Origin: Pseudomonadota bacterium
GTDB taxonomy: Bacteria > Pseudomonadota > Gammaproteobacteria > Xanthomonadales > Xanthomonadaceae
Assembly (NCBI GenBank): GCA_040386495.1
Contig: JAZKFJ010000016.1
Span: 19,142-83,141 of the forward strand
Direction of reading: 5' to 3'
Length of the DNA stretch: 64,000 bases
Position numbers and translations under genes: made by a program. The notes under the pieces were generated by a model. That model worked only from the letters and a program-made list of their open reading frames with translations. It ran no database searches and had not been told where the DNA came from. Positions 47,707 to 57,391 of the stretch are shown here, piece after piece (the stretch's first letter is position 1; each line of letters begins with the position of its first letter).

Positions 47707-47796
47707 CAAATCACTGCGTCGCCAAACATACTCGACAGCGTTAACTGACTGGCATTAGGCATGCGCCGGACTTTTTTCTTTCCGCAATCCCGCCGA

Positions 47797-49001
47797 TCAG
47801 GACGAAATCGCCAACTTCTCCTGGCGATAGCGCCAGATCGCCGCCAGCCACAGCGCCGCGGCCAGCGCGATCGCGCAGACCAGGTAGATGGCCCACTGTT
47901 CGGGCGACGCATTCTCGCCGCGCGACGCTTTCACCAGCATCTGGTTCTGCGACAGGAACGGAACCGCGTACTGCCACAGGTCCTGATCCTTCAGCGGATA
48001 CGCCATCAGCGCGTAGCCCGGCAGCATCGGCATGAACATCAGCCAGACCATGTGGCTCTGCGCTTCCTTCATGCTTTTGGAGCCGGCAGAAATGAACGTC
48101 AGCAGCGCGGTGCCGATCAGCACCAGCGGCGCCAGCACCAGCAGCATGCGGCCGATGGCGGGGAACGACACGTCCAGCGAACTGGCCATCGCGCTGGTCG
48201 ACATCGCCGCGCTGAGCTTGAACGACAACAACGTGAGGATGACGCTGGCGATGCCGATCAATCCCGCCGCGGCCATCTTGCCGCTGACCAGCACGCCGCG
48301 CGAGACGGGCGTGGCCAGCAGCGGCTCCAGCGATTGCCGCTCGCGCTCGCCCGCGGTCACGTCCATGGTCAGGTTGGCGCCGCCCATGAACGCGAACAGC
48401 ACCAGGATCAGCGGCAGGATGATCGACATCAGCCGGCCCTGTTTCGCTTCCGGCGTGGCCACGTCGCGCTGGGTCACCGCCACCGATTGCGTCAGCGCGG
48501 GATTCACGCCGCGCGCCACGAGCCGCAACGCGCCGACCTGGCCGCTGTAGGCGTTGAGCGCGCCGCGCAGGCGTTCGATCGGCACGTCTGCATTGCTGCG
48601 CGTGGTGTCGGCGACGACTTCCACTTTCGCCGGCCGCCCCGCGCGCCATTCCTCGCCGAAATTCGGCGCGATGACGAGAGCCACGTCTTCGTCCTGGTTG
48701 CGGATCGCCGCGACCAGATCCTTCGGCGCCGGCTTGGCGCGGATGTCCTGGGTTTCCAGCCATGCGACCAGGTTGGGCGCGTAGGCGGCACCGATGATCG
48801 GGATCTCCAGCGGCTTCTCCAGCTGGGTGCTGATGCGCGCTTCCATCAGCTTGCCCATGCCCAGCATCAGCACCGGATAGACCAGCGGGCCGAGCAGCAG
48901 CGCCATCAGGAAGGTGCGGCGGTCGCGGGCGAAATCGCGGAGTTCCTTGCGGAACACGGTCATGAACGTGGCGAACATGTTTATCTTGAGTCCGGTCGTC
49001 T

Positions 49002-49005
<4 letters not shown>
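47797..49005 (-). CDS. natB: ABC-2 type exporter permease (NatB-like)
   Basis: 402 aa. It begins FRKELRDFARDRRTFLMALLLGPL, has a large first extracytoplasmic loop, then 5 TM segments. It overlaps the upstream ATPase gene by 4 nt. Confidence 0.75.
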
Positions 49006-49748
<743 letters not shown>

Positions 49749-49785
49749 GGGAAAAACCCCGTGAAGAAAATTACGTGGATGACGT

Positions 49786-50380
49786 CTGTGGATGCGGCGA
49801 ACCCCGCAGCACCCGCGAATGACTCCCTCCCTTTGGCCGCAGGCCAAGGGGGTGAGGTGGCATGCTGCGAGCCACAGGCTCGCATGCCGCCGAACGCCAG
49901 CCTGCTATAGCAGGCTGGCAGGACGGGTTGGGGAGGGGTGCTTTCGGACAACTACCTCACTCCAAACCCCCTCCCGACCTCCCCCTGCGCGATGCGCAAG
50001 GGGAGGAGCAAAGCTTCAACGCGATATCAAACCTATCTGTGGATGACGCGAACGCCTCAGCGCTTGCGACCGGCTCCCTCCCTTTGGCCGAAGGCCAAGG
50101 GGAGGGTTGGGGAGGGGTGCTTTCGGACGACTGCCTCACTCCGAACCCCCTCCCAACCTCCCCCTGCGCGTTGCGCAAGGGGAGGAGCAGAGCTTCAACG
50201 CGATATCGAACTCTCTGTGGATGACGCGAACCCCGCAGCGCTTGCGACTAGCTCCCTCCCTTTGGCCGCAGGCCAAGGGGAGGGTTGGGGAGGGGTGCTC
50301 TTGAACGACTACCTCACTCCGAACCCCCTCCCGACCTCCCCCTGCGCTGTGCGCAAGGGGAGGAGCAAAGCTTCAACGCA
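49786..50380. repeat. tandem array of about three composite REP units (period about 178 bp; first unit carries an about 74-bp insertion)
   Basis: Unit starts are CTGTGGATG at 49786, 50037 and 50215. Each unit has hairpins CTCCCTCCCTTTGGCC-gca-GGCCAAGGGGAGGG and CTCCCCCTGCGC-n-GCGCAAGGGGAGGAG. Confidence 0.85.
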
Positions 50381-50383
50381 AGG

Positions 50384-51886
50384 TCACGGCTCCCAGCCGT
50401 AATTGCCCGCGAACGGCGGCGTCGGCTTCAGGCGCTGCAGGCATTTGGCGTCGAGTTTTTTCGCATCGGCGGTTTCGACGAACTGCGCGAACAGTTTCGG
50501 CATGCAGCCGGTGGTGAGCACGCTGTGGCCCTGGCCCGGTAGCACCAGATGGCGGCCATTCGGCAGCGTCTTCACCACTTCGTCGCCGTAGCGCGGCGGG
50601 GTGACCGGATCGAACTCGCCGCTGATCGCCAACACCGGCACCTTGCCCGCCAGCGGTTTGCGGAAATCGGCCGCGCGCTTGCCCTTAGGCCAGACCGCGC
50701 ACTGCGCCTGGATGAATTCGACGATGTCGTTGCCCATGATCGTCGTTTCGTCCTCGGGGCTGGTCCGCACTTCGAAATCCTCGGTGCAGCTCACCGACAG
50801 ATGCATGCCCAGCGCCATCGAATCGCCGACGTCTCCGCTCAGCGCGCGCGACTGCGACAGCAGGGTTTCGTAGCGGCCTTCGGACGCATCGTGCAGGATC
50901 AGCGGCAGCATCGCCGCCGATTCCGGGCGATAGGCGTAGAACCGCAGCAGTCCGCCGAGATGACCGAAGCGCGGCACTTCCTCGCGCCACTCGCCGCTGG
51001 TCGGGTCGCGGTAACGCACCGGCGCGAGATTCCCCGCCTGCAGCGTCGCGCGCACCTTGGCGAGCAGCGCAGTGGGATCGCCGATGTTGCGTTTGCAGGC
51101 GGCATCGGCGACGCAGCGCGCGAACTGCTGTTTGATCGCAGCGTCGAGATTGCGCGCGTGCTCCTGGCCCAGCACCAGCGTGTTGGGCGCGATCGAGTCC
51201 AGGGTGACCGTGCGCGTGTGCGCCGGATAGCGCGCCGCGTACTGCTGGGCGACGCGGGTGCCGTAGGAAATGCCGGCGAGATTGAGCTGTTCCACGCCGA
51301 TGGTCCGGCGCAGCAGATCGAGATCCTGGACGTGGTCGCCGGTGCCGTAGAAACGCAGATCGCTGGTCTTGGCCAGGCGATCGCGACAACGCTCGACCAG
51401 CGCGCGGGTCTTGGCCGGGTCGTCGAAGTCTTCGGTGTCTTCGTCCAGCGACGTGAACTCTTCGCACTGCAGAAGATTCGACGTGCCGGTGCCGCGCGCG
51501 TCCACCAGCAGGATGTTGCGGCTGCGGCGTACGTCGTTCAGCGCCGGATGCAGCATGGGGTAGCTGTCGAGGATCGATTGCCCCGGGCCGCCGGCGATGA
51601 TCACCACCGGGTCGGACTGGGTCTGGCTTTTGGCCGGGATCATCGCCACCGCGAGCGAAATCTTGCGGCCGTTGGGCGCGGCGTGGTTTTCCGGCGCCTG
51701 CAGTTTGGCGCACTGCGCCTCGACGCCCTGGCCGCGGTCGCCGCCCAGGGCGCAGGGTTTGAACACCAGCCCGCCGTAGCGCAGATCGCCGTTGGCGCCG
51801 GTCTTCGGAACCACGGTTTTTTCGGCCTGCCCGCCGCAGGCGGCGAGCGCCAGCGCGAGCGAGGACAGCAACAGGGGTTTGAGCAT
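50384..51886 (-). CDS. alpha/beta-hydrolase lipoprotein (S33 tripeptidyl-aminopeptidase-like)
   Basis: MLKPLLLSSLALALAACGG has a lipobox. IIAGGPGQS and the nucleophile elbow LAGISYGT are present, with the C-terminal region VLPGQGHS. Confidence 0.8.
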   Translation of the reverse strand: MLKPLLLSSLALALAACGGQAEKTVVPKTGANGDLRYGGLVFKPCALGGDRGQGVEAQCAKLQAPENHAAPNGRKISLAVAMIPAKSQTQSDPVVIIAGGPGQSILDSYPMLHPALNDVRRSRNILLVDARGTGTSNLLQCEEFTSLDEDTEDFDDPAKTRALVERCRDRLAKTSDLRFYGTGDHVQDLDLLRRTIGVEQLNLAGISYGTRVAQQYAARYPAHTRTVTLDSIAPNTLVLGQEHARNLDAAIKQQFARCVADAACKRNIGDPTALLAKVRATLQAGNLAPVRYRDPTSGEWREEVPRFGHLGGLLRFYAYRPESAAMLPLILHDASEGRYETLLSQSRALSGDVGDSMALGMHLSVSCTEDFEVRTSPEDETTIMGNDIVEFIQAQCAVWPKGKRAADFRKPLAGKVPVLAISGEFDPVTPPRYGDEVVKTLPNGRHLVLPGQGHSVLTTGCMPKLFAQFVETADAKKLDAKCLQRLKPTPPFAGNYGWEP

Positions 51887-52130
51887 GGGAGGCTTCTCGA
51901 TGCGGATCGTGTGCGGGGATGCGTGCGGGTGAACACTGCGCTTCGTGGACCAAGACGCGTGCGGGCAGCGGATGTGACAGCCCCAGGCAGAACCCGGAGC
52001 GCGACGCCAATGATGCCGCGGCCGCGGCTGACGCGAATCAAACGTCCGGTTTGTAAAGCGGGCTGACCAGCCGTTCGGCTGTTGAACACCAGCCCGCTGC
52101 TTCGCCCTCACATTCGCGAAGCACGCGAAT

Positions 52131-52168
52131 CTCCCTCCCCCGCATGCGGGGGAGGGTTGGGGTGGGGG
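52131..52168. repeat. single REP of the CTCCCTCCCCCGC...GCGGGGGAGGG family
   Basis: ctccctcccccgcatgcgggggagggttggggtggggg. Confidence 0.7.
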
Positions 52169-52208
52169 CAGCGGCCTGAAGACCGCTCTACGGAGTCGGG
52201 CTCACGCC

Positions 52209-53030
52209 TTACTTGCTGCTGATGTACTTCTCGCGGCGGATCGCCGGCACCGGCAGGCCATGGCCCTTCAGCGCTTCGAAGCACACGTCGACCATGTTCG
52301 GGTTGCCGCAGAGGTAGGCGATGTCGGATTCGGCCTGAGGCGCGAATTCGGCCAGCTGCTCCTGCACATAGCCCTTGCGCACGTCGGCGTGCGCATGCGG
52401 CGAATCGTCGGCGGGCAATTCGCGCGAGAAACACGGCACGAAGCGGAAATTCGGATGCGCGTCGGCGAACGCGCGGAAATCGTCGCCGTACAGCAGTTCT
52501 TCCGGCGTGCGCGCGCCGAACAGCAGCACCACTTCGATGCCGCGGTCGGCGATCAGGGCCTTCAGCTGCGGCAGCATCGCGCGATACGGGGTCACGCCGG
52601 TGCCGGTGCCGATGAGCAGATAGCGACGGTTGGCGTCGGCGGGCATCAGGCAGAAGCGGCCGTACGGGCCGCTGGCGTCGATCCGTCCGCCCAGCGGCAG
52701 TTCCTCGAACAACGCGGTCGCGGCGCCACCAGCGACGTAGCTCACCGCGATCTCGACCGATTCGCCCGGGCCCAGCGCATGGTCGTGCTGGGTCGCCAGC
52801 GAATAGCTGCGCTTGGTCGCGGTGCCGTCGGCGTAGTGGAAATGCACCTGCAGGAACTGCCCCGGGATGTAGTCCAGCGGTTCGCCGTCGTCGCGGACGA
52901 AATTGAGATGGGCGACGGTGGGGGCCAGCATCCGGCGGCCGACGAGTTTGAGCGGGAAATGGACGGGCACGGGAAGGAAACCTTGTGGAAAGGAGTGTTG
53001 CCGACGCTGCGTATCGGGAGCCGCCGGCAC
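52209..53030 (-). CDS. FNR-family FAD/NAD(P)-binding oxidoreductase (ferredoxin/flavodoxin reductase-like)
   Basis: RSYSLAT (FAD RxYS), LLIGTGTGVTPYRAM (NAD(P) GTGxxP) and YLCGNPNMV are present. The track start is a GTG. An internal GTG at 52970 is also possible, so the start is uncertain. Confidence 0.75.
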   Translation of the reverse strand: MPAAPDTQRRQHSFPQGFLPVPVHFPLKLVGRRMLAPTVAHLNFVRDDGEPLDYIPGQFLQVHFHYADGTATKRSYSLATQHDHALGPGESVEIAVSYVAGGAATALFEELPLGGRIDASGPYGRFCLMPADANRRYLLIGTGTGVTPYRAMLPQLKALIADRGIEVVLLFGARTPEELLYGDDFRAFADAHPNFRFVPCFSRELPADDSPHAHADVRKGYVQEQLAEFAPQAESDIAYLCGNPNMVDVCFEALKGHGLPVPAIRREKYISSK

Positions 53031-53104
53031 GGCCGCCTATACTAGCCGTTCCGTCGCGCCGATCTCACCGGGCGCACGCCTGCCCGCGACGGCGAGGACC
53101 CCCG

Positions 53105-54067
53105 ATGACCCCAGATTCCGCCCCCGGCGCCGACGCGCCGGCGCTTTCGATCCGCAACCTGCGCAAGACCTACGACAACGGCGTGGAGGCCCTGAAGGGC
53201 GTCTCGCTGGACGTGGCCCCCGGCGATTTCTACGCGCTGCTGGGCCCGAACGGCGCCGGCAAGTCGACCCTGATCGGCGTCGCCAGCTCGCTGGTCAACA
53301 AGACCTCGGGCGATGTGCGCATCTTCGGCGTCGACATCGCCGCCCGGCGCGACGCCGCGATGCGCCTGATCGGCCTGGTGCCGCAGGAACTCAACTTCAA
53401 CATGTTCGAGAAGCCGTTCGATATCTGCGTGAATTACGCCGGCTTCTACGGCGTGCCGCGCGCGATCGCCCGCGAACGCGCCGAGCGGGTGCTGAAGGAA
53501 GCGCAGCTCTGGGACAAGAACGACAAGATGAGCCGCACCCTGTCCGGCGGCATGAAGCGGCGGCTGATGATCGCCCGCGCCATGATGACCAGCCCGCGGC
53601 TGCTGATCCTGGACGAGCCCACCGCCGGCGTGGACATCGAGATCCGCCGCGGCATGTGGAAGACGCTGAAGGAGATCAACGCCTCCGGCACCACCATCAT
53701 CCTCACCACCCATTATCTGGAAGAGGCCGAAAACCTCTGCCGCAATCTGGCGATCATCGACAAGGGGCGGATCGTCGAGCAGGGGCCGATGAAGGCGCTG
53801 CTGGCGAAGCTCGATGTCGAAGGCTTCCTGCTCGACATCGACGGCGCGCTGCCGGCGCAGCTGCCGTCGATCCTTGGCGCGACCCTGCTCGCGGCCGACG
53901 ATCACACCCTGGACATCGACATGCCGCGGGCGATGGACCTCAACGGCGTGTTCGCCGCGCTGGATGCCGCGGGCATCCGCGTGCGCTCGATGCGCACCAA
54001 GACCAACCGCCTGGAGGAACTGTTCGTGAGATTGACCGGCGACAACAACGTGGGCGCCGCGGCATGA
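53105..54067 (+). CDS. ABC transporter ATP-binding protein (YadG-like, ABC-2 exporter)
   Basis: Walker A GPNGAGKSTL, signature LSGGMKRRL and Walker B LLILDEPTAGVD are present. Confidence 0.9.
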   Translation: MTPDSAPGADAPALSIRNLRKTYDNGVEALKGVSLDVAPGDFYALLGPNGAGKSTLIGVASSLVNKTSGDVRIFGVDIAARRDAAMRLIGLVPQELNFNMFEKPFDICVNYAGFYGVPRAIARERAERVLKEAQLWDKNDKMSRTLSGGMKRRLMIARAMMTSPRLLILDEPTAGVDIEIRRGMWKTLKEINASGTTIILTTHYLEEAENLCRNLAIIDKGRIVEQGPMKALLAKLDVEGFLLDIDGALPAQLPSILGATLLAADDHTLDIDMPRAMDLNGVFAALDAAGIRVRSMRTKTNRLEELFVRLTGDNNVGAAA

Positions 54068-54867
54068 GCGCGCACCCGGCCACACCCGACATGAGCGTCG
54101 CCCAGCGCCACCGCACCGCGCTGTACACCATCGTCCGCCGCGAAGTGGCGCGGATCCTGCGCATCTGGGGCCAGACCCTGGTGCCGCCGGCGATCACCAT
54201 GACCCTGTATTTCCTGATCTTCGGCGGCCTGATCGGCGCGCGGGTCGGCGAGATGGACGGCATCCGCTACATGGACTTCATCGTCCCCGGGCTGGTGATG
54301 ATGAGCATCATCCAGAACAGCTACGGCAACATTTCGTCGAGTTTCTTCGGCGCCAAGTTCGGCCGCCACGTCGAGGAACTGCTGGTCAGCCCGATGCCGA
54401 GCTGGGTCATCCTGGGCGGCTACGTCGCCGGCGCGGTGCTGCGCGGGCTGCTGGTCGGCGCGATCGTGCTGGTGATCGCGATGTTCTTCACCCAGGTGCG
54501 GGTGCCGCACCCGCTGATCACCTTGAGCACGGTGATCCTGGGCGCGACGATCTTCGCCCTCGCGGGCTTCGTCAACGCGGTGTACGCGAAGAAATTCGAC
54601 GATATCGCGATCGTGCCGACCTTCATCCTCACCCCGCTCACCTATCTGGGCGGCGTGTTCTATTCGGTGAAGCTGCTGCCCGACTGGGCCGAGGCCGCGA
54701 CCCACCTCAACCCGATCTTCTACATGGTCAACGCCTTCCGCTACGGCCTGCTGGGCGTCTCCGACGTGCCGCTGTGGCTGGCGTACGCGCTGATGCTGGG
54801 CTTCGTGTTCGCGCTGGGCGGCCTGAGTCTGTGGCTGCTGAAGCGCGGCGTGGGCCTGCGCAGCTGA
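54064..54867 (+). CDS. ABC-2 family transporter permease (YadH-like)
   Basis: A 267-aa protein with 6 TM segments, and REVARILRIWGQTLVPP near the N-terminus. The start overlaps the ATPase stop (ATGA). Confidence 0.85.
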   Translation: MSAHPATPDMSVAQRHRTALYTIVRREVARILRIWGQTLVPPAITMTLYFLIFGGLIGARVGEMDGIRYMDFIVPGLVMMSIIQNSYGNISSSFFGAKFGRHVEELLVSPMPSWVILGGYVAGAVLRGLLVGAIVLVIAMFFTQVRVPHPLITLSTVILGATIFALAGFVNAVYAKKFDDIAIVPTFILTPLTYLGGVFYSVKLLPDWAEAATHLNPIFYMVNAFRYGLLGVSDVPLWLAYALMLGFVFALGGLSLWLLKRGVGLRS

Positions 54868-54909
54868 GGCCTTTCCGAATCCGACAGCCCCGCATTCGTT
54901 CGTGCGTTT

Positions 54910-54987
54910 CGTAGGAGGGCCTTCAGGCCCGAGCTCTTCGTTACGCCATGGTGAGATCAAGAGCTCGGGCCTGAAGGCCCTCCTACG
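54910..54987. repeat. REP doublet, family GTAGGAGGGCCTTCAGGCCCGAGC
   Basis: gtaggagggccttcaggcccgagc ... gctcgggcctgaaggccctcctac in inverted orientation. Confidence 0.8.
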
Positions 54988-55041
54988 AAGCGCATGAACG
55001 CACACGCACGAACGCCGTCATCATTTCGACTGGAGCCTGTC

Positions 55042-55584
55042 ATGCGTATCCGTACGATTCCCGCGACGTTGTTGATGTCGGTATTAGCCGCCTGCAGCGC
55101 CGCCACGCCAACGGACGCGGACGCACCCGTAACGGCCGTACCCGAAGCCGCTGCGCCCGATGCCCCCATGCCCGCCGCCGCGCCGCCGCCCGGGGCCGCC
55201 GGCAAGATTTCGCCGGACATGGTCGGCAAGGTCAGCCCGGTGGCGGCGTTCAAGGGCCTGGGCGAGCACTTCAACATCGAGATCCAGAGCCAGGGCGAGC
55301 AGACGCCCGAGGGCATGCGCCACAGCGTCCGCCTGGTCTGGGGCATGGGCACCTACGAGGGCGAAGGCACGCTGTTCTATCGAAGCGCGCCCGTTCCGGT
55401 ACGCGGCGCACCGCTTCTGCTCGACGGCACGTTGCAGACCGCACAGGGCCCGAAAACGATCCGGGTCGAAATCGTCACCGAACCTTGCACCGACGACGCC
55501 GACAGGCCGCATCCGCAGCGCGTGACCGTCGCGCTGCAGGGCGAAACCGGCATGCAGGGCTGCGGCGACCTGGCGGTGTATTGA
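55042..55584 (+). CDS. lipoprotein, function unknown
   Basis: TGGAG lies 6 nt before the ATG. MRIRTIPATLLMSVLAAC has a lipobox. The C-terminus is ...GMQGCGDLAVY. Confidence 0.55.
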   Translation: MRIRTIPATLLMSVLAACSAATPTDADAPVTAVPEAAAPDAPMPAAAPPPGAAGKISPDMVGKVSPVAAFKGLGEHFNIEIQSQGEQTPEGMRHSVRLVWGMGTYEGEGTLFYRSAPVPVRGAPLLLDGTLQTAQGPKTIRVEIVTEPCTDDADRPHPQRVTVALQGETGMQGCGDLAVY

Positions 55585-55683
55585 TCCCCGCATCGCCGCG
55601 TGCATGAACGGCGCAACAGGAGTAGGTTTCGGTATGCGCTCCCATCGACAGCGGGGCGAACGTGAATTCGCCAAGGAGGGTCG

Positions 55684-56121
55684 ATGCCCAGGTTCATCCG
55701 GAAATTGCTGCCGCTGCTGCTGATCCCCGCGTTCTTCGCGATTGGCCTGTACCTGGGGCCAAAGCTCTCCTCTTCCTATCGCACCGCTTTCCCGCCCGCC
55801 CAGTACGCCACCGGCGATCACGCCGCGCTCTACGCCAAGGCCGGCAACGAAGTGGTGATGTACGCCACCACCACCTGCCCGTACTGCACGAAGGTGCGCG
55901 ACCTTCTGGCTGCGGAGGGCGTGCAGTACACCGAATACCAGATCGACAAGTCCGAAGCGGCGAACGCGGAGTTCATCGCCAAGGGCGGCATCGGCGTGCC
56001 CTTGCTGTACATCGGCGAACGCAGGATCGATGGCTTCCGCGAGCCGGTGATCCGCGAGGCATTGAAGGCCATCGGCAAATCCGTCGATAAGCCGGCCAAG
56101 GCCACGGGCGCCTCGCTCTAG
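55684..56121 (+). CDS. membrane-anchored glutaredoxin-family protein
   Basis: There is an N-terminal TM segment after basic residues (MPRFIRKLLPLLLIPAFFAIGLYL). A Grx fold follows, with active site CPYC (VVMYATTTCPYCTKVRDLL) and GVPLLYIGERRIDG. Confidence 0.8.
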   Translation: MPRFIRKLLPLLLIPAFFAIGLYLGPKLSSSYRTAFPPAQYATGDHAALYAKAGNEVVMYATTTCPYCTKVRDLLAAEGVQYTEYQIDKSEAANAEFIAKGGIGVPLLYIGERRIDGFREPVIREALKAIGKSVDKPAKATGASL

Positions 56122-56202
56122 AAGCCCGACCTCATCCCTGAGATTGCAAAGCCAAGCGATCCGGCTTCGAACAGGATCGACCTCAAGCGAAGGAGAGCGA
56201 CA

Positions 56203-56415
56203 ATGAAGACGAAAACATGGGCCCTGGCCGCGATGATGGCCCTGTCGGCAGGCCTGGGCATGTCGGTGTCCACCACCACCGAAGCCGCCGGCAACCTGTG
56301 CATCAGATCGTGTCAACAGGAGTACACCGCCTGCTGGTACTCGTGCACGCCGGGGCAGGGCTGGTGCTACGACCTGTGCCGCACCAACTATTACGACTGC
56401 GAAGCAGGCTGCTGA
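56203..56415 (+). CDS. small secreted cysteine-rich peptide, four CX3C motifs spaced by 6 residues
   Basis: GAAGGAGAG lies 5 nt before the ATG. There is a Sec-type leader MKTKTWALAAMMALSAGLGMSV. The mature region is NLCIRSCQQEYTACWYSCTPGQGWCYDLCRTNYYDCEAGC. Confidence 0.6.
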   Translation: MKTKTWALAAMMALSAGLGMSVSTTTEAAGNLCIRSCQQEYTACWYSCTPGQGWCYDLCRTNYYDCEAGC

Positions 56416-57212
56416 TCCGCACGGGTCGGTAGCCCGAAAAACGCCGTCGCCGTCGCCGTGGTCGCCGCGGCGACGGTTTCCACCGGCTCGCCGCGGTCGC
56501 GGGCCAGTTCTTCGACGATGTGCGCGAGGTACATCGGTTCGTTGCGCCGGTGCGAAGGCTGCGGCTTCACGGTGCGCGGCAGCAGATACGGCGCGTCGGT
56601 TTCGATCATCAGCCGGTTCGCCGGAATATGCTTCACCAGTTCGCGCAGATGCAGGCCGCGGCGTTCGTCGCAGAGCCAGCCGGTGATGCCGATGTGCCAG
56701 TCCCGGTCCAGACAGTCGAACAGCTCCTTGCGGGTGCCGGTGAAGCAATGCACCACCGCCGGGCCCAGGCGACCGTCGAAATTATTCATCATCGCCACGA
56801 AATCGTCGTGCGCGTCGCGCTGGTGCAGGAACAGCGGTTTTCCATTCTCGGCGGCCAGCTGCAGCTGGCGCTCGAACGCCTTGCGCTGCGCCGGCCGCGG
56901 CGAGAAATCGCGGTTGTAGTCCAGCCCGCATTCGCCCACCGCCACCACTTCCGGATGCGCATGCAGTTCGCGCATCTCGGCGTCGCACTCGTCGGTGTAC
57001 TCCAGCGCCTGATGCGGATGCACGCCGGCGGTGGCGAACAGTTCGCCCGGATACGTGCGCGCCAGGATCAGTGCTTTCGGCGAGTGCTCGCGGCACGCGC
57101 CGGTGATCACCATCGTCGTCACGCCGGCGGCGCGCGCGCGCTGCAGCACCGCCTCGCGGTCGTGGTCGAAACTGCCGTGGGTGAGATTGGCGCCGATGTC
57201 GATCAAGGTCAT
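56391..57212 (-). CDS. tatD: TatD-family metal-dependent hydrolase/DNase
   Basis: MTLIDIGANLTH, AGVHPH, AVGECGLDY, PLFLHQRDA, VVHCFTG and MIETDAPYL are present. Confidence 0.9.
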   Translation of the reverse strand: MTLIDIGANLTHGSFDHDREAVLQRARAAGVTTMVITGACREHSPKALILARTYPGELFATAGVHPHQALEYTDECDAEMRELHAHPEVVAVGECGLDYNRDFSPRPAQRKAFERQLQLAAENGKPLFLHQRDAHDDFVAMMNNFDGRLGPAVVHCFTGTRKELFDCLDRDWHIGITGWLCDERRGLHLRELVKHIPANRLMIETDAPYLLPRTVKPQPSHRRNEPMYLAHIVEELARDRGEPVETVAAATTATATAFFGLPTRADQQPASQS

Positions 57213-57391
57213 GCGGAGGACACGGAATGCGGGGTCGCCATTGTACGGAAGCCGCAAGCCTGCTCCCGACACGGCCGGAAACAACCCCGGACACAACTCG
57301 TTACAACTTCGCAGGATCCGTACCGCCGCCAGCGTCAACGGCGCGCGGCGCGTCGGCGTTCACGCCCCTACCCAGCCACGGAAGATCCACC

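Noticed and set aside
49786-50380. The possibility that the regularly spaced repeats are a CRISPR array.
   Set aside because: The units are about 178 bp and internally palindromic, and they are contiguous with no unique spacers. No cas genes are nearby. They belong to a REP family seen elsewhere in the window.
56391-56415. The 25-nt overlap between the Cys-rich peptide ORF and the convergent tatD, considered as evidence that one of the two is spurious.
   Set aside because: tatD is unambiguous up to its C-terminal tail, and that tail is non-conserved-looking. The peptide ORF has a strong SD, a leader and a non-random Cys pattern. Short convergent overlaps are tolerable, so both are kept, with lower confidence for the peptide.
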